64,000 nt of DNA from Eledone cirrhosa (GCA_964016885.1 OZ024743.1:104594001-104658000), one strand, 5' to 3'. Positions 12,966 through 28,577 are shown, counted from the stretch's first letter. Notes: generated by a model from the sequence alone, not told the origin. Numbers and translations are program-made.

Positions 12966-13840
12966 ATCTTCTTCGTCCTCTTATTCCTAAGAGGGTCGTG
13001 GGAGCAGAGTCCTCAAACACACCTTCAAGCGAGTCATGTCAGAAGCAACCGTATCCAACTGGTCAGGCTGGATCCCCAAGCGAGACCAGCCAAGGTGAAG
13101 GATGCTATCCAACTATCTTGTTGTGGGTCTAACCCTGAGTCTCCTGCCGGTTGGTTTTGCCTGTAAAATCAGTCCATCGATTCTTTCCTGAGACATTCTA
13201 ACAACATGCCCTTAGTATCGGAGCTGTGATCTTTCAATTCGGGGAAGTAACGGATCTACCTGGAGTGACTCTCTGACCTCCGAGCTCTATCCAGGAACCC
13301 TATTTCGGCTGCTTGTATTCGTGATTGTATTCTTTCGGTCATTATCCAAGATTCATGACCATAGGTATGGCTTGGCACGAATACCCAATTGAAGATAGCA
13401 ACTTTGAATTTTACACCTACCTCCATTCTTCTGATTACCGAATGCTGAAGCTGGCACATTACTAGCTTCAGCGATTCTTCAACTTAATTCAGCCCCTTGC
13501 CTTCCATCACTCGTGAAACCAACTTGAACTTCTCCATATGCTTCAGTGGAACTCCATTTACATGTAGAATGTACTGCACAGGCTTCCTTGCGAGGACGAT
13601 TGTCTTAGCTTCGCAGCTCTGATTTTCATTCCAGCCATACAGTACTCTGCGTCAAACCTATGAAGTGCAAGTTGGAGATCCCCTTCTGTTGAGTTAAGGA
13701 ACACCATGTCGTCTGCAAATTCCAGCCAACTGATTTTACTCCAACCAGTCGTAATACCACTTCCAATCCGGCTGCGCATGTCAATCCTGTTCATGAAAAT
13801 AATGAACAGGAGAGGTGACAGTACGTACCCTTGGTGGAGT
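12966..13840 (-). mobile_element. RTE-clade LINE 3' fragment (degenerate RT)
   Basis: QGYVLSPLLFIIFM, FADDMV..LQLALHRF..GMKI, TYGHESW..RIQAAEIGFL; GAA-rich tail. Confidence 0.85.
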
Positions 13841-14479
13841 CAAGAATAATTCCTTAGACCCGCTATGTAACGGATATAATTGAGGGAAGTTTTTCTCATC
13901 TGCTTTTTCGAATAAATACACCGTATTCCTGTGTGTTGTAAGAGATGACCAAAAGGGGTGCTGTCAGGGATGGAATCCAGTTTAGAATATGTACATCGTA
14001 TTTCTGTGTGTCATAAGAGATGACTAAAAGGATTGGCGTTAGGCGAGCATCAGATTTATAATAGTTACATTGTATCCCTGTGTGTCGTAAGTGTCAACTA
14101 AAAGGTTATGGCGCCAAGACGGGCATTCGACTGTAAAACATTGTCCCAAACATTCCCCGTCCAATCCCATGCCAGTATGGAAAATTTGGCGAAAATATGA
14201 TGAGGAAATTCATGACTCTCTTTCTCGAAACGCATATTCGATAAGAAAGACATTTTACTCAATTGTGAAAACCCTGGCTTTACCACAATCAAATCTAAAA
14301 TAAAAATTAACTTCTATTATAAAAGTGCATGGTGACTTACAAATAAACAAAGCTTATCTTGTAGTGTGTTATTTAGGTTTACTGAATATCTTTGATTCGT
14401 AACTCCACTTTCAAACAATATCAATTCTCATTTGTAGATCACAAGAGCGTGATAACCGAACGAAGACAATATTGCTGCT

Positions 14480-15080
14480 GGTAACATCTGATTGGTCCTA
14501 TGCGGTGTTTTTATTCTCAGCAACTGCTAGTGCCCTACTAAAAGCGGTTGTGGTTGTTATGGTCTTCACACCTGTGGTCTGTTGCTGTAGTTCTTGTTGT
14601 TGCCATCTCAGCTGCTGTCTGTGGCCCTTTTTTCACGCCTTTCTTCTACTTACAAGTGGCCTTTACTACCACACATGTAGTAATTAGGCCTTCTATTCTC
14701 GATCACTAATCTGATTGTTCTCTCACTGCTCGCAACCAATTACTGTCTCAGGATGTCTACAATGTAGCCCCAAGATGATAATGAACCAATAACCGGAGCC
14801 CCTACTAATAATTTTGGCAGTGAATTTTGTATTTTTGTGACTCATGGAACAGCACCGGCTGTTTTTGGTCATAAAAATTATGCACACGCTTCGGTCGATG
14901 GAACATATCATCTGCCACACATCAGCTAGGACGTTTTCTAATTCTTCCTTTAATGGTATATGGAAGTCCCATCTGCTTGGTAATGGGAAAACCGAGGCAT
15001 GCCAACTTCTTCCTCGAAGCATTTTCGGAGAGGAATCTTGGAAGAAAAACATCGTCTGTGAAATAGCTGTGTGAAATATG
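14480..15080 (-). pseudogene. Old Tx1 ORF1 relic
   Basis: rc translation RTIRLVIENRRPNYYMCGSKGHL resembles INFSVEGRRPSCYHCFSRGHL; EELENVLADV..SVCIIF resembles DIEATFKEI..SVSVLF. Confidence 0.55.
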
Positions 15081-16650
15081 ATTGTGCAAGTATTGTGTAA
15101 TCACAACAAATGTTATTCAATATTAATCAAGTTAACCAACAAACGGTTTAGTTATTAAACATGTAACAAATATTGTATTTTTGAAAACAACGGCAATAAA
15201 CGTTTTGTGTTGGAATACGACAAACAATGAATTTTCTTTATACAATAAAAAACATTATACATGACAAAAAAGTACATTACTTTAATTCCCATACGTTATA
15301 AAATAAACAGGATGGGTTAAGGACTCAATATGTAAATTGTTCCTAATTCTGGTTTTAAAAAAATTCAACGAAGACAACCGAGAAAAATTACCGATTTTCT
15401 AGCCCCCTTCCCTCGCTTATTCCACCCCTATCATTTGAGACCCGAGAGTATCTATCTATATACTGTACATAAATACATGACTAACACGAATACACGGATT
15501 TAATTCTTAGAGTTAGAAGGAAAATATTATAACATGAATTAGTTCCCTTGGAACATTGCTAGAGTTACCTCCTTTTAAAACCTATGTTATGGTAGATTTA
15601 CATATTGACATACTGAGATCGATATGATTGACTCCTCCTCCTTATTACTGGCCTTCTGCTTAAATTGAAACCATTATTTTTGCCTTTCATCCTTACGGGG
15701 TCGATAAAATAAAGTACCAGTAATGTACTGGGTAATTTGCTGGCCTTGTGCCCAAACTAGAAACAATTATTTAATTTATTCAACAATATTTAAAATACGT
15801 GTATAATTCACATCGCAACCGCGTTCTTTTGTGTTCGATTTCACTGTGCGTAAATTTGGCCATGTGTTTTTTTTTTTGCTTCATAACATTGTGTTGTCTA
15901 GAGCTTTGTTGTGGAGTTTGGTAGACAGAAGATGTGTGGAAGACTACCGAGTATATAAATATGTGCGTGGACATCGAAGAATTCATTGTTGGGTTGAAAT
16001 TTCTAATGATGAGAATAAAAAAAAATGTTTGTAATTTTGGCGCAAGGGAAGAGGAAAGTTGATAAACTATTACAACTATATTTGTAAGCGTTACTAGAGT
16101 AATATTCCCCCATAGACAGAATCATAGGTGTAGCATTGTCATACATGTATATATATATATATTATGGTTCATACACATAACATGTATTATATACACATAC
16201 ATGCATACATATACACACACACACAATATACACTTTCATGTCAACGTGTATGCGAGCACTAATACACAATTTTAAACATAGCGTCTTGATGTATGAAATG
16301 TTTCATCTGATAATATAAATTATGATCCAACTCCGTCCAGATTTATTATGTTGCATATTATCAAATGTATGCATTTACATATATTGAATTATTTATATTG
16401 TGATTGATTCTTCCACGATTTCGGCGATGAAAATTCAGTCGTTGGATCAACTGAACACCCAACTCATGAATTTACGTTTTAACGGATGAGCATTCAACCA
16501 GACGCGTATATTCTTAACGTAATTCCTAAGCCGAATCAGCACGTTACAAAATATGACTGGACCATTGAATTACATGGACAAGGTTGGGCTTTTGAATTAC
16601 AATACAATCCATCTAGCAGGCTTGCATACAATTTCAGTCTATCTTCTACC

Positions 16651-16860
16651 AAGTTTCACTTACAAAACATAGTTCAACTCCGAGGTTATCGGAATTAACA
16701 TCTAGTCAGTTTCACTTACAAAACATAGTTCAACTCCGAGGTTATCGGAATTAACATCTAGTCAGTTTCACTTACAAAGCATAGTTCAATTTCAAGGTTA
16801 TGGGAACTACTCTCTACTCAGTTTCACTTATAAAGCATGGTTCAATTTCAAGGTTATGGG
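16651..16860. repeat. ~56 bp tandem repeat, ~4 copies
   Basis: agtttcacttacaaaacatagttcaactccgaggttatcggaattaac repeated. Confidence 0.9.
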
Positions 16861-17260
16861 AAATGATACTTGCTCATGATGCTACAGTGGGATCCAACAC
16901 GGGAGCTAATGATTGTGAAGCAACATCCCAAAATTTAGGACCTAAATCATGCTTCACTCCCGTCTGGGGAGAAAACAACGAATCACTCTTTTATACTTTC
17001 AATTTAATCCCTTCATTCCATCTTACGTTCTAATTCATTCTGCTAATCTTAATTTTACGCTTTCTATTTCAATCGTCCCTCCTTCTTTCAGGATTTTTTA
17101 AATATTTCACGCATTTGGTCCTTTACACACGTACTGTCATTAGTTCTCTCATTCTCTCACAGTTTTACTTTCTCTTATGTGAGTGTATGTAAGAAAAAAG
17201 TATGTTGTATGAAAAAAGAGACTAGAAAAGAGGGCGTGGGCCTGAGGTGTAAAGAAAAAG

Positions 17261-17321
<61 letters not shown>

Positions 17322-17808
17322 GGTTGGTATGATAGGTGGAGGAAAGAAGGAGTACCAATATAGTGTAAGCTAACCAGTTGCCTTGCTTCCCCCCAAAAAG
17401 TCATGCATGAACAATAAATTATTTCAATTCTATAAGATGTAATTATATACAAATATATATATATATATGCACATACACACACAATCATCTACATGAATTC
17501 CACACACACACACACACATATATAAATCTATATACATATATATATAAATATAGATACATATATATGTATATATACATATATATGTATATATATATATATA
17601 TATATATTTTGTTTGACCTGTTTAGCTTGATTTGTTTTTTGGCTTAGGTGGTTAATGCCTTCTTGACCACTTTTTCAGTATGTATGGCGTTTTAACATAT
17701 TGTTTAGCTCTAGTTTTCTTAACTATTGGAGCGCTTGCCAGCATATCTACGATTTTGCGTTTCGTTTCGCTTTTTCTACCGGCTGAAATACGATTCTCGC
17801 TGAATTTA

Positions 17809-17852
<44 letters not shown>

Positions 17853-17883
17853 AACATGTATATATATATATATATATATATAA

Positions 17884-17920
<37 letters not shown>

Positions 17921-17934
17921 AACATGTATATATG

Positions 17935-17997
<63 letters not shown>

Positions 17998-18049
17998 TAT
18001 GTATATACACAAATGTGTACATATAGATCTATATACATATATATAGATA

Positions 18050-18107
<58 letters not shown>

Positions 18108-18112
<5 letters not shown>

Positions 18113-18660
18113 TAGCGAGAATCGTATTTCGGCTTAGGAATTAACGAAAAACAACTTCCGAGATGTGTGGCAAGCGCTCAATGATTCAGATGAACCAGAG
18201 TTACAGCATACGTTAAAGGCCAAACACACTGAGACGATGGTTAAAAAATCATCCGCACAACCATAAAAACGACCAAGTAATTCGGGTCAAACAAATAAAA
18301 ATATATGTGATTGAAAAAATTTACCCGGACCCCTGGATGGTTGGTAAAATCCAGCATTTGGGTTTCTGCGACTCCTAAATCAAGTACTGTCCGCTTACAC
18401 AAATAATGTTAGGTTTCTGGTAAGATGATTGAACAAGGAAGCCACTTTTTCAACAGGTTTTAGTTCGAGTGCTAATTTAAGGAATGACCGTTACCGATCC
18501 CACGCGGGGCTCGGCAAGGGAGGCAACCCTTATTTTAGGCGGATGAATTCAGTATGTGTATATTATTGCAAGAATCCAAAACATCACAAAACGAAATTAA
18601 GCTCTCAACAGAATGGTTATAAGTTAACATAAGCTATTCATCAGTCAATAGAATCAACTA
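18108..18660 (-). mobile_element. (TA)n-embedded repeat family copy (inverse of 39113-39915); diverged fragment at 17625-17815
   Basis: Shared ggccaaacacactgagacgatggttaaa, ggaagccactttttcaacagg etc. Confidence 0.85.
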
Positions 18661-18914
18661 AAAAAATAAAGAAAAAAAAAATATATACATATACGTGTAT
18701 ATATATATATACTTAAATATGTATATATACATACACACGCACACACACATATACATATGCATATACATATATAAGTACATATATATAAGTATATGTATAT
18801 ATATATAAAGAAGCGTGTCTGAAAAGTCACTTGCGTGCACATAACCGTGCAATGTTCAATGAAGGGATAGCTTCCTTCTGACAAGAATTAGAAATCGACA
18901 TATTAATATGTATA

Positions 18915-19004
<90 letters not shown>

Positions 19005-19017
19005 TATATACATATAT

Positions 19018-19057
<40 letters not shown>

Positions 19058-19157
19058 CAATATATATATGCCTATATATATGCATATATATGTATATATA
19101 CAGGTATATGCATATATATGCGTATATATATATATATATATATATTGTTATACTTGT

Positions 19158-19410
19158 GGAGGGTCATATTTGTGTAATATTGCCAGAATTAATAACAGAA
19201 CACACTCACTGTTTGGTTGGTTTTCGCTTGTCGCTTCTGTGTCTTTCATATCGGTAATCTAATTTATTCGGTCCTCAATGTTGCCATTGACTGACCGACG
19301 GTCAAAAATAATACAGATACAATATAGACACAAACACATATATATAGTTTATCAAGGTTCTTTCGTTGCACATCTGCAACATCGTCAGTGGTGCTATTGT
19401 TTCCTCCCGT
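19158..19410 (-). mobile_element. Solo pLTR related to the 33776-37130 Penelope element, with HHR-like motif at 19353-19390
   Basis: Homologous to 33840-34080; rc ca-CUGACGA-t-gttgca..tgcaac-GAAA. Confidence 0.8.
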
Positions 19411-19445
19411 TATATAAAAAACCTCGCAAAACTAATTCATCGCCG

Positions 19446-19513
<68 letters not shown>

Positions 19514-19747
19514 ATATCCAAAATTAAGATAAATTAAATGAATTTAATCTAAATCGAAATTGTGGGGGTCATGCCATAACGCCGTGCGCCATATCGCCTG
19601 GAAATAAGCTCAAAGATAGGTCCGAGCATTTTATAATAACTAGAAATTGTTAACATATATGTGGTTACACGCTTGTAAAAATTATCTCCTATGATTATTC
19701 ATGTATATATATATGTTAATCAATTTCTAGTTATTATATATATATAT

Positions 19748-19932
19748 ATATTTGAAAAAAATGAAAAGAATGACTTCACTTGTAATGTTAAACATTTTTT
19801 TAAATTTAATTTTATAATATTATAGTATTATGAGTTGGTAGATCCAACTCATAATATTATAATATAAAATTAAATAAAAAAAAATGTTTAACATTACAAG
19901 TGAAGTCATTCTTTTCCTTTTTTTCAAATATA
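19748..19932. repeat. Imperfect foldback centred ~19840 (second small one at 19632-19737)
   Basis: atgagttgg-tagat-ccaactcat; aatgacttcacttgtaatgttaaaca / tgtttaacattacaagtgaagtcatt. Confidence 0.88.
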
Positions 19933-19962
19933 CCTAACTGTACCAAGGATCTCATACATTTT

Positions 19963-20046
<84 letters not shown>

Positions 20047-20078
20047 TATATATACATATATATATATAATATATATAC

Positions 20079-20125
<47 letters not shown>

Positions 20126-20131
20126 TGTATT

Positions 20132-20226
<95 letters not shown>

Positions 20227-20397
20227 GTAAGAGTATTTATATTTATATATGTTTAATACAATTATAAATATGGAGGGTAGTACTAAGCACTAGACGGTTA
20301 CCGGTATAACAAAAGGCTCAATGCAAATTTTCAAGTGTTTTACAGAGCCGAGATACAAAGTGTTAAAATGATCAAATTTTAGTTTAGAACATTTATT

Positions 20398-20444
20398 TAC
20401 TGACAATTGTTTCTCCCAGAGGGAAGTCTGGGATCATCGGAGCA
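20398..20444 (-). ncRNA. Hammerhead-like motif with CCGAUGA core
   Basis: rc tgct-CCGAUGA-tcccaga..tctggga-GAAA-caattg-UC-agta. Confidence 0.65.
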
Positions 20445-21199
20445 TAGGGAATGTCGAAACATGTGACTAAAATCCTAGTCATTGAGAACATTTAGGGTAC
20501 ATAATTGTTGTTAGCGTCATAGGCATCATGTGGAGAGTCAGGAGTTAAAAAGATGTTATGCTTGAGAGAACACAATTACAGGCAGCACTGGTTGATGGTG
20601 TAAGAGGTATAAGCAAAAAGTAGAGGCAAAAAAAGTTATAAGCAAGGAAAAGTGGTGTACAATGGAGGAGTCAATACAGTCAATAAGGCATGTATGAGGA
20701 AAGAGTTATAATGCAGTTGAAATAAACATATTTTGTGTGGGGTGTTAAAGCATGTTATAATTGTTAGAAATGTTTAAGATAGTGTGCAATTTGTTGGAGT
20801 GGCATGTGGTGATAATGTAGGTATTTGTTATGTGAGGTGTAATGCAAAGCACCTGATAGAGTTGGATAGGTGATTTTCATTCAAGTATTTTTGTGTTGTA
20901 GTTCGTATGTATGTGTATATGTTGTTTGTAACTCACAGCTATTAACCATGGGATTATTTTGAGTCCTTTATAGTCAATAGGTGTTTGTTTGTTAAATGTA
21001 AATTCCACCGAATTACTGGCCATGTTGTTATTGTTGGTATATTATCTTCTGCAATTTTTATCTACAAATTATCTTTTCTAGTGTTTGTATTAACCGTTAT
21101 TAAGTTGTTGGTAAACTGTTAGGTTGATTAATTTTATGAGTTTACAACAATTGTCAGCAAATAAATGTTCTAAACTAAAATTTGATCGTTTTAACACTT

Positions 21200-21283
<84 letters not shown>

Positions 21284-21288
21284 TATGT

Positions 21289-24200
21289 ATCTACAGTAGC
21301 AACAGTAATGACAACAACATCAACAAGAACAACTCCACAAACAAGGAAAAAAAGGTTTCGTTTTCACAAACTGTCCAAAAGACAGAACTATATACACAGA
21401 TTGACATCTCTGCTGCCGGAGAATTGCTAAGAGATGCCAAGCAATATATAACTGTTGGGGAGAATGGCGCTTTTAACATCACTTCTCCTCAAGAATTGCG
21501 TAGAGACACTGTCCTGAAAACTATAGTTTTTAGGACAATCTCAAATACCATCTGAAAACCAGCTCAATTAACTCAAAACGAAATTGAGCTGGTTCTAAGA
21601 AACTCCATGAAGGACATTACCTTCATACAGAAGGGAAAAAACTTCCGGAGTTTATCAATAATAATGAAAGACCAATTGACGGCACAGAAATATTCTGTGT
21701 CGCCAATTGTGTCCCTCCTCTACACTTCTTCAAACGTCTAGAGACTTTTCTGGGAACGTCCCGCTCCTTGCTTTTAGTGGGGGACTGGAATAGAATCCTA
21801 GATGCACGTTGGGACTATGTGGGAGCATGTCCCGATAAAGGGGTGTGTAACAGCCTCAAACAGTTAATCGGCCGATTTGACCTGGCCAATAGACATCGAC
21901 TAGATTTTCGGACTGTGCCACTGTGGACATGGACTAATCTCAGCGGAACATCTAGATCGTACCTAGATAGGGTTCTAGTTAGAAATAAAGATAGGGACAT
22001 GTTAAGCTGTCCACAAATGTTCATGGTTGCCTATTCAGATCACAAACTAGTGACCTGCATGGTCAACCATGATAGAACCCATAGACAAGGACCCGGTTAC
22101 TGGAAGCTGAACTTGTCCTTACCGACATGCAAAGCGTACAGTAGACGGATTATCACTTTAATTACACAGCACTTGACAGGGGCCATTGTCAACAACAAAT
22201 GGTGGTACTCTCTCAAGAGCGCAGTTAGATTAGACTCGTTAGTTTTTAGTAAAGAATTAGCGTTAAATAGAAGTAAGACCGAGAAGGAACTGATAGATAA
22301 AGTAGAAGAGGCAATTAGAAGTGGCAACGTAGCCAGCGTGCTAGCAACGAGAACGGCCTTGGACCAGTTCTTCGACACAAAGCACGAGGGCTGCGTTGTC
22401 AGAAGGAAAATACGTGCTCTGGGTAACGAGGGAGCCAAAACTGTTAGCTGGTCCCGGGTGACGGAGGCGAAAAGTGGCAACAAGTCCACGATTCGGTCTT
22501 TGAAGGACCAAGACGGACGCGTGATACATGAGCCGAAGCAGATGTGCGCGGCCTTTCAGCGGCACTTTGCTCAGCTGTTCGGGCAGGGCGGCGCGCCTGG
22601 AGGGGCTATGGATTTCGGTCCATACCTCGACGGCCTACCGCGACTCTCAGACAGCAAGGCGAAGTTCTGCGAAAAGCTGATTTCAGCCGCTGATATAAGG
22701 GACACTGTGAGCCAATGCGGCAAACGCAAATCTCCAGGTCTCGACAGTCTACCTTACGAATTTTACGTAGCAATACCGAACTTGTTCTCCGGTCTCCTGG
22801 AAGCGGTCTACTGCAACTGGCAACAGGACGGGAGAATTCCCAGTTCTGTGACCAGGGGCGTAGTCACACTAGTAAGGAAGAATGAGAATAAGGGGGATGA
22901 CATAGGCAACTTCCAGCCCATAACTCTGCTAAACACAGAGTTACAGATTTTGGCCAAGGTGTTGGCAAAGAGGCTGGCGCTTGTCGTCGAAAACCTGGTG
23001 GGAGAAGCGCAGACATGTGCAATCCCGACCAGGTCCATACACTACAACCTCCACCTCATGCGATACATCATAGAGACGGTCGGGTGTAAACCCAGCTTCG
23101 GTGGGCCCCTGATCAACTTGGATCAGTCTAAGGCTTTCGATAGGGTTGACCATCGTTACCTGGATGCGGTGCTCGAGGCGGCAGGCTTCGGATCCGTGTT
23201 CAGTGGCTGGATTGCTGCAATGCACAACAGCAACATCTGCTCAAGGGTCAAGGTGAACGGCTACCTCTCAGAGCCGTTCCATATCACGCGATCCATTCGA
23301 CAGGGATGCCCTCTCTCCTCCCTTCTGTACGTACTGACTTTCGAGTCACTACTGTGGAAGTTGGAGCTATTGCAGGGCATCCCTCTGGAACGGGGACTGC
23401 GGAAAGCGGCGTCGGCCTACGCCGACGACCTGACAGTAAATCAAGGAAGTTTGCATCTTACTGAAGGAATACAAAAGGTTCACAGGAGCGAGGCAGACCC
23501 GGGACAAGTCCATATTTTGCCACTCGGATCGTGGAGAGGAAAACCGATGCCTTTCGATGGCGTCGTCGGATGCTGGACGGAAGGACCGGTAAAGTTCATC
23601 GGGGTCTGGTTTGGTCCGAACCTCCAGGTGGAGAAGAACTGGATCGAGGTGACGGCCAAGGTGTTTGCACTTACCCAGAAGTAGACCGAGTGCAAACTAT
23701 CCTTGAAAGGTCTAGCGGAGGTGGCGAACACTTTTATAGCGTCCGTCATCTACTACCGCTTGACCGTCGTGCCTTGTCCAGCCAAAACGCTCACCAAAAT
23801 GGAGCGCGCGCTCTTCCAATTACTTTGGAAGAAGCAGGTTCCTTTGGTGAGAAGATCCATCTGCTGCCAACACCCTTCAAACGGAAGGCTGTGGATGCCG
23901 TGGCTGACGATGCGCAAACACGCGCTCAGGCTGCGGTACCTTCACGTATTCTTCACCGGACAACCGGTGTGGGCCCCGTTCGTGAGGCGAGCATTCCCAC
24001 GACTCGTCTCGCTGACCGAGCTGCAGTCCTGGGTCAAGAAAAGACCGAGGAAAATGGGCGACTGGCACATCGAATGTGCTCAGGCGCACACAGCCCTCTG
24101 GCAGGCGGACTCGGCGATCAGTGGAGACTCCACTTCGTCATTCTATAGAGGGTTGATCCGCAGCAAGGGCGACGACGCGCTCGGAGAAACTCTGGGCGTA

Positions 24201-25000
24201 GAGGAAGACGAACTGGCCAGTCTGTTCGGTAGAATCTTCCGCCCGGGACCGATGGACAACTTCCAAAAGTCCCTGGCCTGGCAGTGCTACCGAGGAGCTC
24301 TACCAGTTCGAGAAAGCTCTACAGACACGGGCGCCCGGGCAGCGACCCTTAGAAAAAGATCTGTCCGAGATGCGTGCGCGACGAGGAAACCGTCGCGCAC
24401 GCATTTGTACACTGCCCGGGCTTTACCGACCTGTTGGACTATGTAGAACGACTATTGTCGCAGGTGGGACCAATCCAGTTGAGTCCATTGTCATAATCAA
24501 ACCGCCACCCTAATTCAAAAACGAAGGAAACACGGTTTTTCTTTGTGTGATAGCTATGGCGAAAGTGGTTGTATGGTGGACGAGGTTAAAAGGGCTGAGG
24601 TCAGACACCTTTCTCTCCGGCCAACAACTGATTCTTTTTTTCAAATACTACTTTGGAAGAAGAGTCAGGATGGAGAGAGAGGTGCTGTACCCCTTATGAA
24701 AGGTGGGTGAAAGTGGCGAGAATGGCCCGAGTGAATGGGCCTTCTCTCTATATCAGCCTGTAGGTTGAGGAAAAAGAGAAAGAGAGGAAAGGGGTACAAA
24801 CTCTTTGTTCTCCTGGAGATGAGGGTTGCACATTTTTTTCGCAGGTATGTGCTACCCATATGAACTGTCTCCCGCTATTGGGGAAAATCGATTAACTTTT
24901 AATTTACAATTCTGATAACATTTTACACGTTTTTATTGTATGTAAACTCCCCCCTTTGTAATTGTCCCCTTCTTTTGTGCCCCTGTGGCTAATAAAGAAA
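21289..25000 (+). mobile_element. Tx1 copy 2 with ~1.6 kb internal deletion
   Basis: ORF1 N-part joined to ORF2 APE at ~21725; 638-aa ORF with QGCPLS and YADD; ends AATAAAGAAA then (TC)n. Confidence 0.95.
21768..23684 (+). pseudogene. Tx1 ORF2 fragment (APE C-half + RT)
   Basis: GDWN, YSDH, KAFDRVDH, RQGCPLS, YADD; premature stop. Confidence 0.92.
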
Positions 25001-25113
<113 letters not shown>

Positions 25114-25374
25114 GTATGTGTATACATACACATAAACATATATATGTAAATACACACACACACATATATATATATATATATGTATATATATTGATATACA
25201 CAAAACACTAATAAATGCATGTACGAAAAAGAAAATAAACCAACATATTTAGGCGTCACGATCAAACGTGTCATACAAGAATAGAAAGGAATATGAACTG
25301 GGAGGATATAAAACTCTCACCACCCACCTCTCTCTCATTATATATATATATATAGCATGCACTAACACACATAT

Positions 25375-25425
<51 letters not shown>

Positions 25426-25509
25426 GGAAAGTAAAAAACAACAACAATGCAGGAGTACAAGTTAAAAATGGTAATAGGTTCACGATTAGTATATATATAT
25501 ATATATTAC

Positions 25510-25636
<127 letters not shown>

Positions 25637-25845
25637 AGCCGAAGTGTATCATAAAACTATATCTGCGTAAATACAGAGTATGTAACCGAGATTGCACAAA
25701 CGTGTATAACAAGATTTCCAACAGAAATGTAATTATTGTACGATCATCATCTGCATTTCCCAAAGAATTCCAATTGTGACAAATGTTATGAATTCGCTAA
25801 AATTCAATTGGTTAGAAACCACGTTGTAAATATCATATATGTGTT

Positions 25846-26295
<450 letters not shown>

Positions 26296-26361
26296 ATATA
26301 TATGTATATATATATATATTAAAATACAAATATTAATAAAATAGATGTTCTTTTTATCAAT

Positions 26362-26420
26362 TACATTTTATTATACATATTTCAGATGTACAACAGTACG
26401 TCCTCATCAGACAAAATATA
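26362..26420 (-). ncRNA. Type I hammerhead ribozyme motif at 3' end of element A
   Basis: rc tatattttgt-CUGAUGA-ggacgtac/gtacatct-GAAA-tatgta-UA-ataaaatgta. Confidence 0.82.
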
Positions 26421-27007
26421 ATGATACATGACATACCCTGAGATGTTAAATGGTTAAGATTTAATCAAGGTAGTGATTAACCTAAGAGAAAGTTTAACAT
26501 TTATACCCTAATAACGAGAAAATGCGAAAACGTAATAAATTCAATAGAGAATGTGTGAGTAAGAAAAACGTTGCTTAATGTAACAGTTATAGAGATTTTA
26601 AAATGTATGATACTACAATTTATTAGGGAAAGCAGTCAATGAGAGCCGCTGAGATAATATATATATAGAGAGGAATATATGTAGAAGGAGATTTCCGAAA
26701 GTTAAACGGTTAAGTTTGAAAATATTTAATTTATGCTATTTTAGGGTGAAGAATCAAGATTTTAGGTTTTTAAAAAAAAATTTCAGGTTATTTATTAGTT
26801 TTGTAAATTCGACAAGTGTTTTAACATTTCTAAACTTCGGTATTTTATGAGGATAACTTTTAAAGGATTTAGCTGACCAGCGGAAAATAAAGTTTACACT
26901 GTCGAATATTTTTCTAAATGTAAGCTTTACCGGAGATATTCATTGTCAACATATATAGTATGTAAATCTTATGAAGTATTTATTGTTAGAAATATTTAAA
27001 TAACTAT

Positions 27008-27061
<54 letters not shown>

Positions 27062-27986
27062 TGAGCCTGTATATTTTAGGTAAATGATAACGAAAATAAA
27101 AATAAGATAATAGATTTAGGCATGCTAAAGTTAAATATATACGTATATATAAAAGGGTGTAAATGCATTGATTATTCATAGTTCAAAATAAATGATAATC
27201 AATAAATTTAACTAAAAATTATGTATAGAATGATACATGGAGGTTTATATGGATATAAATTAGGTATTATTGATATAAATTAGGTATTATTGATACAGTA
27301 TACTTTAGGTAAATGATAACGGTTATAATTTTATATAATAAGGTTCGAAACGTGTTATAGTTAAATATATATATATATAAGAAAAGCAAGGAAAGTTTAC
27401 ACTGTTGAATATTTTCCTAAATATAAACTTAGATATTTATTAATGAGCCAGTATATTTTAGGTAAATGATAACGAAAAACATATAATAGATTGAGGCATG
27501 CAAAGTTAAATATATACCAATATAACAGGGTTAGGGTTAGATGCATTAATTATTCATATTTCGAAATAAATAATAATCAAAAACACATGAAAAATTCACA
27601 GTTAGAAATAAGTTCCATAAAAATGTATGGGTTGGATATTAAACTAACATTTAAACCTTAGATAGGAAGGTAAAGATAGAGAAATAAAGAAATAATTGTT
27701 TCTACTTTAGGCACAAGGCCATCAATTACCCAGTACATTACTGGTACTTTTGTACTGGGTAATTGATGGCCTTGTGCCTAAAGTAGAAACAATTTTTTCT
27801 TTATTTCTCTATAAAGAAATAAAGAAATAATGGTATGAATCAAAATTAATAATTATAATATTATGTTATGTATATCAATGTTCCGGCATGTTATTGAACA
27901 AGTGTTTTTCATTCAAGCGTTATTTCTTCTATAGATAGTTATAAGATAATGTAATATTAAAGGCCATTAATGTTTTTCCCTGTTGG

Positions 27987-28577
27987 TTATATACGTCTGA
28001 CAACCAAGTTTTTAATGGTTAAATGTTTCTCTCTCTTTTTTCTCGTTTTGTGGGAGGCTAAGAATGTGGACGTAGCTTTGTGGAGGCAACTAGAGAATAA
28101 TTCACTTTTTTTGTTAATTAGGGTCTCATAGTTATTAATAATCAACAGGGTCTCCATTGTACAGAATGCGCAGTTATTTGATATACTGGAGTTGCGGTAA
28201 ACTCCACAGTTCCGAAGTTTAGTCCAAAGAATGGAGTATTTTAAATTTCTCTCTTTTAATGACCATATGAGCTGTGATAAAGACGTGGATGATTTCCTCT
28301 TGGAGTTCGAGAAAGAGCATTTATGGTTCGTAAATCTGGCTTTAAATGTAGAAGACGTCGATCCTATGTAGTTGTATGTGTTGTGATCAGTTTTTACGGT
28401 GCATTTATAAACCAAGTTACTATCTAGACAATTATTTTGCAAAGGGCAATCAGTTTTATTTCTACAATTACATTTTGGTTTAGTATCATTTATGTTAACT
28501 CTATTATTAAGATCATTATGTTGGTTTTGTTTTAGGATTTTAGTGTTTAATTTGGCAATGTTTTGGGCCATGTTCAT
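27987..28577 (-). pseudogene. GIY-YIG endonuclease domain of Penelope-like element (C-terminal, RT lost)
   Basis: CNCR..CPL..CL..NLVYKC..YIGST..FKARF.NH..SF..LS.LIW.LK..C..C..E..INKKSEL..C.H. Confidence 0.88.

Noticed and set aside
16651-16860. Regularly spaced repeats resembling a CRISPR array
   Set aside because: Whole-unit tandem repeat without unique spacers; eukaryotic context, no cas genes
27527-27540. Telomere-like gggttagggttag
   Set aside because: Only two units; uninformative
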